Source: a virus (lineage: Duplodnaviria > Heunggongvirae > Uroviricota > Caudoviricetes). Taken from it: DNA of 17,329 nt. The DNA lies in the IMG/VR virus record IMGVR_UViG_2639763139_000009, one strand, 5' to 3'. Positions 8,747 to 16,765 of this stretch are shown piece after piece (within the stretch, counting starts at the first letter, position 1; every line of letters begins with the position of its first letter). Both the position numbers and the translations under genes were made by a program. The notes beneath the pieces were generated by a model, which saw nothing but the letters and a program-made list of their open reading frames with translations, made no database searches and was not told where the DNA came from.

Positions 8747-9036
8747 TGGTGGATTTACGTAAAGCGGCGCGGGGGCAGATGTGCACCGTCAGAATTCCTG
8801 GCTACTGCAATCACAATCCCGAAACTTCTGTGCTGGCGCATTACAGGCTGGCGGGGACGTGCGGAACAGCGACAAAACCACACGATATGCAGGCAGCGAT
8901 TGCCTGTAGCTCATGCCACGATTTAATCGACGGGCGGGTAAAAACCAGCGATTACACCAAAGAAGAATTACGCCTGATGCATGCAGAAGGTGTTTTTCGC
9001 ACACAAGAAATCTGGAGAAAGGAAGGTTATTTATGA
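8746..9036 (+). CDS. YbcO-like (DUF1364) putative nuclease, Cys-rich
   Basis: MVDLRKAARGQMCTVRIPGYCNHNPETSVLAHYRLAGTCGTATKPHDMQAAIACSSCHD... closely resembles DLP12 YbcO (96 aa) as recalled. Confidence 0.7.
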   Translation: MVDLRKAARGQMCTVRIPGYCNHNPETSVLAHYRLAGTCGTATKPHDMQAAIACSSCHDLIDGRVKTSDYTKEELRLMHAEGVFRTQEIWRKEGYL

Positions 9037-9644
9037 TTTACCCAACAAATACAGGCAAAAGCGGGGAACACCTTCGTCTCACCACGCTGGAAAGTGTCTG
9101 GATTCAGGGAAAACTGCGCATGTGGGGGCGCTGGTCGTATATTGGCGGCGGTAAGACGGGAAATATGTTTAACCAGTTGCTGGCATCCAAAAAATTGACG
9201 AAAACAGCCGTCAATGAAGCCCTGCGCAGGATGAAAAAAGCGGGAATAGAGAAACCTGAGCTGGAAGCGTTTTTGCGAGAGATGATCAATGGCAAGCAAA
9301 AGACCTGGCTGGCGCATTGTACTGATGCAGAGGCGTTATGTATTGATAGAGTCATAAGTGAGGTGCTGGCAGAGCATCCTGGATTGATTAGTGTCCTCCG
9401 GCAACGGTATGAAGGGCGGGGGATGACTAAGCGTAAAATGGCTGAATTGCTGAATGACGCACACCCGAAATGGAGTTTAAGAACCTGTGAAAGACGCATT
9501 GAGCATTGGCTAAAGGTGGCAGAATTTATTTTGCACAAACCAATGGTTATGGCTTTTGGTATAGAGAAAAAAGTTCTTGCATTTTTGCACATAAACTGCT
9601 TCAATTCCGGTAAGCTTCGCAAAGCTGTATCGCGAGGCGAATAG
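9033..9644 (+). CDS. putative late-gene antiterminator (Q-like) by position; family uncertain
   Basis: 204-aa ORF with ATGA overlap onto the ybcO-like stop and RBS aggaagg. Last gene of the nin region, followed by a terminator and the tRNA cluster as in lambdoid Q regions. The ORF-track start at 8913 is an in-frame extension overlapping the previous gene. Confidence 0.4.
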   Translation: MIYPTNTGKSGEHLRLTTLESVWIQGKLRMWGRWSYIGGGKTGNMFNQLLASKKLTKTAVNEALRRMKKAGIEKPELEAFLREMINGKQKTWLAHCTDAEALCIDRVISEVLAEHPGLISVLRQRYEGRGMTKRKMAELLNDAHPKWSLRTCERRIEHWLKVAEFILHKPMVMAFGIEKKVLAFLHINCFNSGKLRKAVSRGE

Positions 9645-9663
9645 CAGACATGGACACTTGAAA

Positions 9664-9689
9664 GAACCCGCTTTATGCGGGTTTTTTTG
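9664..9689 (+). terminator. rho-independent terminator
   Basis: aacccgc-tttat-gcgggtt hairpin plus ttttttt. Confidence 0.75.
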
Positions 9690-9738
9690 TGCCTGAAAAA
9701 TGGCACAGGGCGTTAAACGCGCTGGTGGTCAGATGAGT

Positions 9739-9767
9739 TTGCAGATGTGATGACATATGGTTATTAT
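9739..9767 (+). promoter_or_regulatory. candidate sigma70-type promoter (TTGCAG-N17-TATTAT) directly upstream of the tRNA cluster; could equally be the late promoter
   Basis: Hexamers with 17-bp spacing end about 9 nt before the first tRNA. Confidence 0.3.
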
Positions 9768-9776
9768 TCTGCCTCC

Positions 9777-9853
9777 GGCCCTTTAGCTCAGTTGGTCAGA
9801 GCGAGCGACTCATAATCGCCAGGTCGCTGGTTCAAGTCCAGCAAGGGCCACCA
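9777..9853 (+). tRNA. tRNA with anticodon CAU, ileX/ileZ-like (tRNA-Ile2 if lysidine-modified, otherwise Met)
   Basis: Manual cloverleaf: acceptor ggccctt/aagggcc, D-arm gctc/gagc, anticodon loop ctCATaa, T-loop ttcaagt, encoded CCA. Confidence 0.85.
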
Positions 9854-9854
9854 A

Positions 9855-9931
9855 CCACCACTAGCTCATCCGGATAGAGCATCAACCTTCTAAGTTGACG
9901 GTGCGAGGTTCGAGTCCTCGGTGGTGGGCCA
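9855..9931 (+). tRNA. tRNA-Arg (anticodon UCU)
   Basis: Acceptor ccaccac/gtggtgg, anticodon stem tcaac/gttga with loop ctTCTaa, T-arm cgagg-ttcgagt-cctcg, encoded CCA. Confidence 0.85.
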
Positions 9932-9933
9932 GC

Positions 9934-10009
<76 letters not shown>

Positions 10010-10012
10010 TAT

Positions 10013-10087
<75 letters not shown>

Positions 10088-10201
10088 TGACCTTTCTTAA
10101 AGTACTCCAACCTACTGAATCCTAAGGGATACGGCTTTAAGCCTCCTTGCAGAGTTACTTACTGTAACCCACTGTGTAACCCTCTCAGGGCATACAGACA
10201 T

Positions 10202-11806
10202 ATGATTCAGCTATCCAGTAGTCACAAACTTCCAGCAGTCTACTATCTCTACCAGCGTAACGGCGTCTACTACTTCCGTCTTAGGGTCAGACAATCAAAC
10301 AATGATAGAATGACCTCAATATCATTACGGACCAAGGATAGACGCACCGCTATGGCTTACTCAAGGCACATAAAGGCAGCACTCAAGGCAATACACGCAG
10401 ACAGACCCAACGCTACCTATGAGGAAATGAGGGAACACCTTAAGGACATCGCTGAGTGTGAACTGTCTATGGGCCGTTCAGATCTCTTTGAGCCTGACAT
10501 GAGGGATATCTACCGGGACCAATACGGAGAACTTGGTGAGAGCCTTACCGATGCTCTGGCTAGTGAGCCGCTAAGCATTGACCAGCATCGTTACATCAAT
10601 GAGGCCCTGAAGGTGCTAAAAGCCTGTATGAGGCGTATCGAAGCGGGAGACAGTCAGCCTCTGATAGATTACGTCGATCTTTTTAATGATATTGATAGGC
10701 AAGATAACCAAGCAGACTCTGTGTCCCTATCTGTTAATGCTCCAGAAGTAAAACCAGAAGTTACGCCTAGCATTACCATAGCGAGCCTCTTTGAGCAATA
10801 CGAAGCGGAGAACTATCAGAACTGGAAGCCTGCAACCTTAAGGGAAAACAAGGCGTCACACGCTGCGTTAATCGAAATATTCGACCATCTGGGTCTCAAT
10901 GCAGACGCTAACAGGGCTGACATGCTTAGGGTCCGTGATGTGCTCCAGCAGTTACCTAGGAACCGTAAGCAGCGCTTCAAGGATGTCCCACTTGCTGACC
11001 TGTTGAGCCGTGAAGATAAGACAGATTGTCTGGATGTCGTTACCATCAACAACAAGTATCTTATTAAGATGGCTGCTGTCTTTAGGTGGGCTGTGCGCAA
11101 TGACTTGATTAAAAAGAACATGACTGAGGGTCTGGAGCTTAAAGTCCCTCAGCGTAAAGCCTCAGGGGCCCGTAACGCCTTCTCTACGGAGCAGGTGGGG
11201 CAACTACTGGTCGCAGCTAAGGCATACTCTCAGAAGACCTCTGGTAAGCCGTATCATTATTATGTTACCGCCTTGGCTGCTATCACTGGGGCGAGACTCA
11301 ATGAAATAGCCCAACTACAGGTCAAAGACGTCAGGACCACTGAGGCGGGAACCGTTTATATTCATATCAATGAAGACGATAGTAGTCTACCCGGTAAGAG
11401 CATCAAGAACGCTCATAGTGACCGCTGTGTGCCTCTGGTCGATGGGGCCTATGGTTTTATATTGGCTGACTTTATGGCGCTTGTAGAGACCCGTAGAGGC
11501 GCTGACGGTGATGACGCTATGGTGTTCGATGGTCTGCGTCTCATGAAGAACGGTTACGGTGAGCAGGTGAGTAAATGGTTTAATCGGACGTTGTTGCCTA
11601 AAGTCCTCGTAGACCGTAGCGGCTTAGCGTTTCACTCGTTTAGACATACAGTTGCGACCCAGTTAAAACAACATGGGGTCGAGTTGGCGTATGCACAGGC
11701 GATCATGGGGCATAGTTCAGGGTCTATTACTTACGACCGTTATGCTAAAGAGGTCGAGGTTGATAGGCTGGTCAATGTGATGGCTGATGTTTATAAGGAG
11801 ACCTAG
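10202..11806 (+). CDS. int: tyrosine site-specific integrase (534 aa, large form with extended central region)
   Basis: N-terminal arm-type motif VYYFRLRV. Catalytic-domain motifs TGARLNEIAQL, HSFRHTVATQL and the C-terminal ITYDRYAKE tyrosine. Starts 115 bp after the tRNA-Gly. Confidence 0.85.
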   Translation: MIQLSSSHKLPAVYYLYQRNGVYYFRLRVRQSNNDRMTSISLRTKDRRTAMAYSRHIKAALKAIHADRPNATYEEMREHLKDIAECELSMGRSDLFEPDMRDIYRDQYGELGESLTDALASEPLSIDQHRYINEALKVLKACMRRIEAGDSQPLIDYVDLFNDIDRQDNQADSVSLSVNAPEVKPEVTPSITIASLFEQYEAENYQNWKPATLRENKASHAALIEIFDHLGLNADANRADMLRVRDVLQQLPRNRKQRFKDVPLADLLSREDKTDCLDVVTINNKYLIKMAAVFRWAVRNDLIKKNMTEGLELKVPQRKASGARNAFSTEQVGQLLVAAKAYSQKTSGKPYHYYVTALAAITGARLNEIAQLQVKDVRTTEAGTVYIHINEDDSSLPGKSIKNAHSDRCVPLVDGAYGFILADFMALVETRRGADGDDAMVFDGLRLMKNGYGEQVSKWFNRTLLPKVLVDRSGLAFHSFRHTVATQLKQHGVELAYAQAIMGHSSGSITYDRYAKEVEVDRLVNVMADVYKET

Positions 11807-11893
11807 AGGAGACCATAGTCTAGGATGACACTTACTACAGACCTGTGTGGTCATGTTTTTGACTCATAGTTTTCTCTACTTGTCAAGGATAAT

Positions 11894-11916
11894 TAATACG
11901 ACTCACTATAGGGAGA
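11894..11916 (+). promoter_or_regulatory. bacteriophage T7 RNA polymerase promoter, exact 23/23 match to the class III consensus TAATACGACTCACTATAGGGAGA (+1 at G 11911)
   Basis: Direct read of the sequence at 11894-11916. Oriented toward the AT-rich tract, the repeats and the Rha-like gene. Confidence 0.8.
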
Positions 11917-12109
11917 AGGGACACAAAAAGTTTTCTCTTCTAGGACAACTAACCGTAACTTATCGCATCCTTTCAGGGGCGGGATGACCAATTACAGACA
12001 CCAAGCGTTCTACTTAAAGTGAATGCTTCCTGTGTGCTCTGGGTCAGTCGATAAGTGAATAGCAATAAGACACAATCATCTTAATTATGGTCTCTAGTCC
12101 CTACAGGGG

Positions 12110-12205
12110 CTTAACTTAAAGTTAACTTAAAGACACAATTAGAGATTAACTTTAAGTATTAAATAAAAGATTTAATTAAAGACCAATTAAAGATTAACTC
12201 TAAGG
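12110..12205. other. AT-rich tract with reiterated TTAAAG / AACTTAAAG motifs, about 200 bp downstream of the T7-type promoter
   Basis: cttaacttaaagttaacttaaagacacaattagagattaactttaagtattaaataaaagatttaattaaagaccaattaaagattaactctaaggg. Composition and motifs recall the region following T7 promoter phi1.1B, i.e. the primary replication origin (from memory, not aligned). Confidence 0.5.
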
Positions 12206-12250
12206 GAATACCTTAAGGGGTGATGATATTTATAATAATCAATCACCAAA

Positions 12251-12350
12251 CCTATAGGTCTTTTCTAGGGTCTCTCTATAGGTCTTCTCTATGGTCCTCT
12301 ATGGTCCTCTATGGTCCTCTATGGTCCTCTATGGTCCTCTATGGCCCTGT
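12251..12350. repeat. tandem direct repeats: 5 perfect copies of atggtcctct (12291-12340) flanked by degenerate copies
   Basis: Seen directly. Upstream degenerate units ctataggtctt(t/c)tct and downstream atggccctgt. Confidence 0.9.
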
Positions 12351-12567
12351 ACGTCATTCTTTAGGATGCCCTGTAGTTTCGTATAGCCTGATGCCTAGAG
12401 AGACCCTCCCAGTAGCTCCGCACAGCTACATCGTCATCATCATAGTATTCAATCTCAAAGTCATTCTGTTTGCATCCTGTTGTCCTGCTGGTCTCCCTTC
12501 GCTTGGGGACTTTGAGTAGGTCAGTGGGGGTGCGACTTCAGGGTGCAAACAAAAAGGAAATCAAGCG

Positions 12568-12723
12568 ATGTCTCAACAACCACAACAACCACAACAAGAA
12601 ATCAGCATCATTAACCTCGACCAGCTTGTGTCCATGACCTCAGTTGAAATTGCTGAGCTGACAGGCAAGGAGCACCGAAATGTCCTTCGTGATATTCGTA
12701 AGATGCTCGAAGAACTTAACGCG
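12568..12723 (+). pseudogene. Rha-like phage regulatory protein gene, N-terminal 52 codons only, truncated by IS1
   Basis: MSQQPQQPQQEISIINLDQLVSMTSVEIAELTGKEHRNVLRDIRKMLEEL resembles the Phage_pRha N-terminal motif (..EIAELTGK.H..V.RDIR..) as recalled. The reading frame runs into the IS1 end at 12724. RBS aaggaaa. Confidence 0.5.
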
Positions 12724-12778
12724 GGTAATGCTGCCAACTTACTGATTTAGTGTATGATGGTGATTTTAAGGTGCTTGC

Positions 12779-13054
12779 GTGGCTTCCATTTCCATCAGAT
12801 GTCCTTCCTGCTCCGCTACTGAAGGCGTGGTGCGTAACGGCAAAAGCACTGCCGGACATCAGCGCTATCTCTGCTCTCATTGCCGTAAAACATGGCAACT
12901 ACAGTTCACTTACACCGCCTCTCAGCCCGGTACGCACCAGAAAATCATTGATATGGCCATGAATGGCGTCGGATGTCGCGCCAGTGCACGCATTATGGGC
13001 GTTGGCCTCAACACGGTTTTACGTCACTTAAAAAACTCAGGCCGCAGTCGGTAA
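12779..13054 (+). CDS. insA: IS1 InsA
   Basis: Protein identical to the InsA of the first IS1 copy. Confidence 0.93.
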   Translation: MASISIRCPSCSATEGVVRNGKSTAGHQRYLCSHCRKTWQLQFTYTASQPGTHQKIIDMAMNGVGCRASARIMGVGLNTVLRHLKNSGRSR

Positions 13055-13476
13055 CCTCGCGCATACAACCGGGCAGTGATGTGATTGTCTGCGCTGAAAT
13101 GGACGAACATTGGGGCTACGTCGGTGCTAAATCACGTCAGCGCTGGCTGTTTTACGCGTATGACAGGATACGGAGGACGGTTGTGGCGCACGTCTTCGGT
13201 GAACGCACTCTGGCCACACTGGAGCGTCTTCTGAGCCTGCTGTCGGCCTTTGAGGTCGTGGTATGGATGACGGATGGCTGGCCGCTGTATGAATCACGCC
13301 TGAAGGGAAAGCTGCACGTTATCAGCAAGCGTTACACTCAGCGCATTGAGCGACATAATCTGAATCTGAGACAACATCTGGCAAGGCTGGGACGGAAGTC
13401 ACTGTCGTTCTCAAAATCGGTGGAGCTGCATGACAAGGTCATCGGGCATTATCTGAACATAAAACACTATCAGTAA
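12973..13476 (+). CDS. insB: IS1 InsB
   Basis: Protein identical to the InsB of the first IS1 copy. Confidence 0.93.
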   Translation: MSRQCTHYGRWPQHGFTSLKKLRPQSVTSRIQPGSDVIVCAEMDEHWGYVGAKSRQRWLFYAYDRIRRTVVAHVFGERTLATLERLLSLLSAFEVVVWMTDGWPLYESRLKGKLHVISKRYTQRIERHNLNLRQHLARLGRKSLSFSKSVELHDKVIGHYLNIKHYQ

Positions 13477-13491
13477 GTTGGAGTCATTACC

Positions 13492-14440
13492 AAAAAAAGC
13501 AACAGCGTATTTTGCACAGGAGTCGCTGAAAAATACGCGTTAATCGAACAATGGCGACAACAATTTCCCATTGAAGCGATGTGTCAGGTATTTGGTGTAT
13601 CCAGGAGCGGTTATTACAACTGGGTACAGCATGAACCCTCAGACAGAAAACAAAGTGATGAGCGGCTAAAACTGGAGATTAAGGTGGCACATATCCGCAC
13701 TCGCGAAACATATGGAACCCGGCGGCTCCAGACGGAGCTGGCAGAGAATGGCATCATCGTTGGTCGTGACCGACTGGCACGTCTTCGTAAGGAGCTGAGG
13801 CTACGCTGTAAGCAGAAACGCAAGTTCAGAGCGACTACGAACCCGAACCACAATCTGCCAGTTGCGCCAAATCTGCTGAACCAGACGTTCGCTCCTACAG
13901 CACCAAATCAGGTCTGGGTGGCGGACCTGACGTATGTTGCCACACAGGAGGGATGGTTGTACCTCGCTGGCATCAAAGATGTTTATACGTGCGAAATTGT
14001 CGGCTACGCCATGGGAGAGCGCATGACAAAAGAGCTGACAGGTAAAGCCCTGTTTATGGCGCTCAGGAGCCAGCGCCCACCTGCCGGGCTAATCCACCAC
14101 TCTGATCGAGGTTCACAGTACTGCGCATACGATTACCGGGTCATACAGGAGCAGTCTGGTCTGAAAACATCAATGTCGCGTAAAGGTAACTGTTACGACA
14201 ACGCTCCGATGGAAAGCTTCTGGGGAACGCTGAAAAATGAGAGCCTGAGCCACTATCGTTTTAATAACCGGGATGAAGCCATCTCAGTAATACGGGAATA
14301 CATTGAGATTTTCTACAATCGTCAGCGTCGTCACTCTCGTCTGGGGAATATCTCCCCGGCAGCCTTCAGGGAAAAATATCATCAGATGGCTGCTTAAAAA
14401 AAGAACAAATGGTAGTGTCCGCTATTGCCAGTACACCTCA
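13492..14440 (+). mobile_element. IS600, 5'-truncated copy (lacks the left IR and most of orfA), right IR ending ...gtacacctca at 14440
   Basis: 13492..13543 equals the reverse complement of window 1..52. orfB follows. The terminus resembles the IS600 left IR in inverted form (tgaggt...cggacact). Confidence 0.9.
13579..14397 (+). CDS. IS600 OrfB transposase (DDE integrase core)
   Basis: 272-aa ORF with the IS3-family DDE region (WVADLTY...HSDRGSQY...ESFWGTLKNE). Normally expressed as an OrfAB fusion by -1 frameshift at the A7G motif at 13492-13499. Confidence 0.9.
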   Translation: MCQVFGVSRSGYYNWVQHEPSDRKQSDERLKLEIKVAHIRTRETYGTRRLQTELAENGIIVGRDRLARLRKELRLRCKQKRKFRATTNPNHNLPVAPNLLNQTFAPTAPNQVWVADLTYVATQEGWLYLAGIKDVYTCEIVGYAMGERMTKELTGKALFMALRSQRPPAGLIHHSDRGSQYCAYDYRVIQEQSGLKTSMSRKGNCYDNAPMESFWGTLKNESLSHYRFNNRDEAISVIREYIEIFYNRQRRHSRLGNISPAAFREKYHQMAA

Positions 14441-14543
14441 GTTAATCCAATATCTCCCCGGCAGCCTTCAGGGAAAAATATCATCAGATGGCTGCTTAAA
14501 AAAAGAACAAATGGTAGTGTCCGCTATTGCCAGTACACCTCAG
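14347..14543 (+). repeat. tandem duplication (two ~95-bp copies, offset 102 bp) of the IS600 3' end, including the orfB 3' codons and the right inverted repeat
   Basis: Identical 93-nt block atctccccggcagcc...gccagtacacctcagt at 14350-14442 and 14452-14544; each copy is followed by a near-identical short flank (gttaatcca vs gtaatcca). Confidence 0.9.
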
Positions 14544-14895
14544 TAATCCATCCAGGCCTGTTGTTGCAGAGCTTGGCGATGATTCAGGCTGGCATTTTTT
14601 CAGCCAGAGAAACCCGGATAACAGCATAGTGTTCACTGTTAACGGACAGGTAATTCCGTTAAATTACGGAAACTTCGATGCCCGCTATAAATATCGAACA
14701 GAGGGGGTACAGGATGTACGGTATGGCCATGAAATGTATTACAGCCCCGGCAGTAACACCGTTTCGTGGAGATTTTGCGCACCTTCGGGACACGGGCTGT
14801 CAGGGATGGCGATATCGGATACCGGCCGTAACTCAGCGGATAACGTTGACGGTGTGTATTACCGACCACTGCAAAAACTGATTAATGGCACCTAG
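14543..14895 (+). pseudogene. side tail fibre protein, C-terminal fragment only (N-terminus removed at the IS600 boundary)
   Basis: RPVVAELGDDSGWHFFSQRNPDNSIVFTVNGQ...YRPLQKLINGT matches the conserved C-terminus of P2 gpH / lambda Stf-type fibres as recalled. The reading frame is open back into the IS600 end with no native start. Confidence 0.7.
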
Positions 14896-14918
14896 TATAA
14901 CGTAGCGAGTATTTAACA

Positions 14919-15463
14919 ATGTTGCATTTAAAAAATATTACTACGGGTAATCCGAAAACAGCAGAACAATATCAGATGACAAAACGATATTCGGTCACCT
15001 GGCTTTTTTCAGAAGACGGAAAAAACTGGTATGAAGAGCTGAAGAATTTCGCCAGGACACAATTAAAATAACTTACACCGGAGACGGTCGCGTGGTGTGG
15101 GTCGGTAAGGATGTGACAGGCATTGAACCCCGTAACGCCAGTGTTATTGAAGTTCCTGATATTACCGCCAACCGCCGCATTACCGCGCCGGGTTACTGGT
15201 TTTACCGCAATGATGAATTTGTCTTTGACTACAGACTCAAAGCGGAAGATGAGCGTGATGCCCTTCTGGCTCAGGTCAGTGCCCGGACAGGGGAATGGGA
15301 AGAAGACCTGCTGCTGGGGTTAATCAGCGACGAAGATAAAGAAAAGCTGAAAGCCTGTCGTATTTACGCGAAATCGCTGCAGGCGATGGATTTCAGCACC
15401 ATCACTGATAAATCCTCATACAACGCCATTGAATGGCCCGCCTCTCCGGAAGGTTCTTCCTGA
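14919..15463 (+). pseudogene. tail fibre assembly protein (Tfa) gene with a frameshift near 15050
   Basis: N-terminal part [19 protein letters not shown]...WYEELKNF is in frame 0 and stops at 15069-15071. The remainder ([21 protein letters not shown]... to IEWPASPEGSS, Tfa-like C-terminus) is in frame 2. Both halves match a single Tfa protein as recalled. Confidence 0.65.
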
Positions 15464-15486
15464 TTTAATTTATCGCGAGAAAAACA

Positions 15487-16755
15487 ATGTCTGTAGTGAT
15501 ATCAGGTGCGCTGACTGATGGCGCAGGTATCCCCATGTCCGGATACCATATTATTCTGAAATCCCGGGTAAACACCCCGGAAGTGGTGATGAACACTGTT
15601 GCTGATGTGATGACAGGAAACGATGGTGAATACTGTTTCCATGCGCGGACTGGAAAATATGGTGTGTATCTGAAACAGGACTGGCGCAACGAGTACAACG
15701 TTGGCGACATTGCTGTATATGAGGACTCAAAGCCCGGCACGCTGAATGACTTTCTGATTGCTCCTGATGAGGGCGACCTGAAACCGGATGTCGTCAAACG
15801 CTTTGAGGAAATGGTGGCGCAGGCGCAGCAGAGCGCCGGGGCCGCAGCCGGAAACGCACAGCAGACGGCGCAGGATGTGGCGGCAGCCGCAGGTTATGCC
15901 CGCGCAGCAGAGCAGGCCAAAAATGACATTGATGCTGCGCTGACCGGCACTCTGAAAATGGCTAACCATCTGTCAGAAATCGCAGCAGCAGGCGAAAAGG
16001 CACAACAGAAGTCCCGGGATAATCTGGGGCTGAAAAGTGCGGCCACGATGGAAGCACAGAGCGACATTTACGACCGGACAAAAGGCCGTCTGGCGATACC
16101 CGGCGCATTCGGCTTTGGGTGTGCTTTTCTGCCTGAAGATGTTATCCGTTTTGACACTAAGAGTGATTTCCTGGCCTGGGTAAGGAATGCGCTGCCAGGT
16201 GAATATTCCGTTGCTGGCCCTTACGGCATCATCATACCCGACACACGGTTTGAAGGGGTGCTCAGCATCCGGTGGACTGATGCACGCCCTGAGACAACAG
16301 AACCGCGGTACAGAGCCAAATCCCTTACTTTTTACGGCATTAACGGCCCCATTTATCACACCCGCTACTGCTACTGGCCCATATCCAGACTGACTGGCTG
16401 GGTGAAAATAAATATAACCACAGAAGATATTATTTACAGAATCGTGGCGAGCTCTGTCCGCAACAGATGGGGAGACCCTGACATTGGCGGGCTGATTATT
16501 GCTGCGTACCAGGGAGAAGCTGACGGTGATAAAGTCATCAGACTTGTCAGGGGGCAGTCATACAGAGGCTCACGACTGGGACCGGTGGGGATTTCAGTGC
16601 CCAGTACTCCCACCGGAACGTATATAGTATCCCCACAATTTTTCATAACGGGATGTTCAGAGCATTCATTACCGGGGTCATATTGCGCCCTGTCCGGGGT
16701 GCCGGATGCACATGTCTCTGGCGCAATGCCCGGGCTTTTTATTCGCACATCGTGA
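15487..16755 (+). CDS. side tail fibre protein (Stf-like, 422 aa)
   Basis: N-terminus MSVVISGALTDGAGIP...VYEDSKPGTLNDFL closely parallels the lambda Stf N-terminus (MAVKISGVLKDGTGKP...VYEDSQPGTLNDFL) as recalled. An Ala/Gln-rich stalk follows, then a distinct C-terminal domain. Confidence 0.8.
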   Translation: MSVVISGALTDGAGIPMSGYHIILKSRVNTPEVVMNTVADVMTGNDGEYCFHARTGKYGVYLKQDWRNEYNVGDIAVYEDSKPGTLNDFLIAPDEGDLKPDVVKRFEEMVAQAQQSAGAAAGNAQQTAQDVAAAAGYARAAEQAKNDIDAALTGTLKMANHLSEIAAAGEKAQQKSRDNLGLKSAATMEAQSDIYDRTKGRLAIPGAFGFGCAFLPEDVIRFDTKSDFLAWVRNALPGEYSVAGPYGIIIPDTRFEGVLSIRWTDARPETTEPRYRAKSLTFYGINGPIYHTRYCYWPISRLTGWVKINITTEDIIYRIVASSVRNRWGDPDIGGLIIAAYQGEADGDKVIRLVRGQSYRGSRLGPVGISVPSTPTGTYIVSPQFFITGCSEHSLPGSYCALSGVPDAHVSGAMPGLFIRTS

Positions 16756-16765
16756 GGAATGCACC

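Larger units (their letters stand above)
12724..13491 (+). mobile_element. IS1, complete 768-bp copy, no target site duplication (junction to IS600 interior)
   Basis: Ends ggtaatgctgccaacttactgat (12724..) and ..atcagtaagttggagtcattacc (..13491). Left flank is the Rha-like gene (cttaacgcg); right flank is IS600 internal sequence (aaaaaaagc). Confidence 0.95.

Noticed and set aside
9027-9706. Minus-strand ORFs 9027..9317 and 9104..9706
   Set aside because: Antisense to the Q-like gene; the longer one runs through the terminator hairpin; considered spurious.
11894-11916. T7 promoter as cloning-vector contamination
   Set aside because: Flanking sequence has none of the usual vector context (no lac operator, polylinker, T7 terminator or plasmid backbone) and is embedded between a chromosomal integrase and IS1. 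Contamination is considered unlikely but cannot be excluded without a database search.
12291-12340. Possible CRISPR array (regular short direct repeats)
   Set aside because: Units are only 10 bp and directly abutting, with no spacers and no repeat palindromicity; this is a simple tandem repeat, not a CRISPR array.
12220-12519. 99-aa ORF on the + strand
   Set aside because: Its reading frame is generated by the 10-bp tandem repeats (repeated SSMVLYGP peptide) and it has no RBS; treated as spurious.
14303-14629. 108-aa ORF with an internally repeated peptide
   Set aside because: Artefact of reading through the tandemly duplicated IS600 terminus; not an independent gene.
15465-16748. Minus-strand ORFs 15465..15797, 15727..15969, 15973..16359, 16434..16748
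   Set aside because: All are antisense within the Stf-like tail-fibre gene, which has strong homology support on the plus strand.
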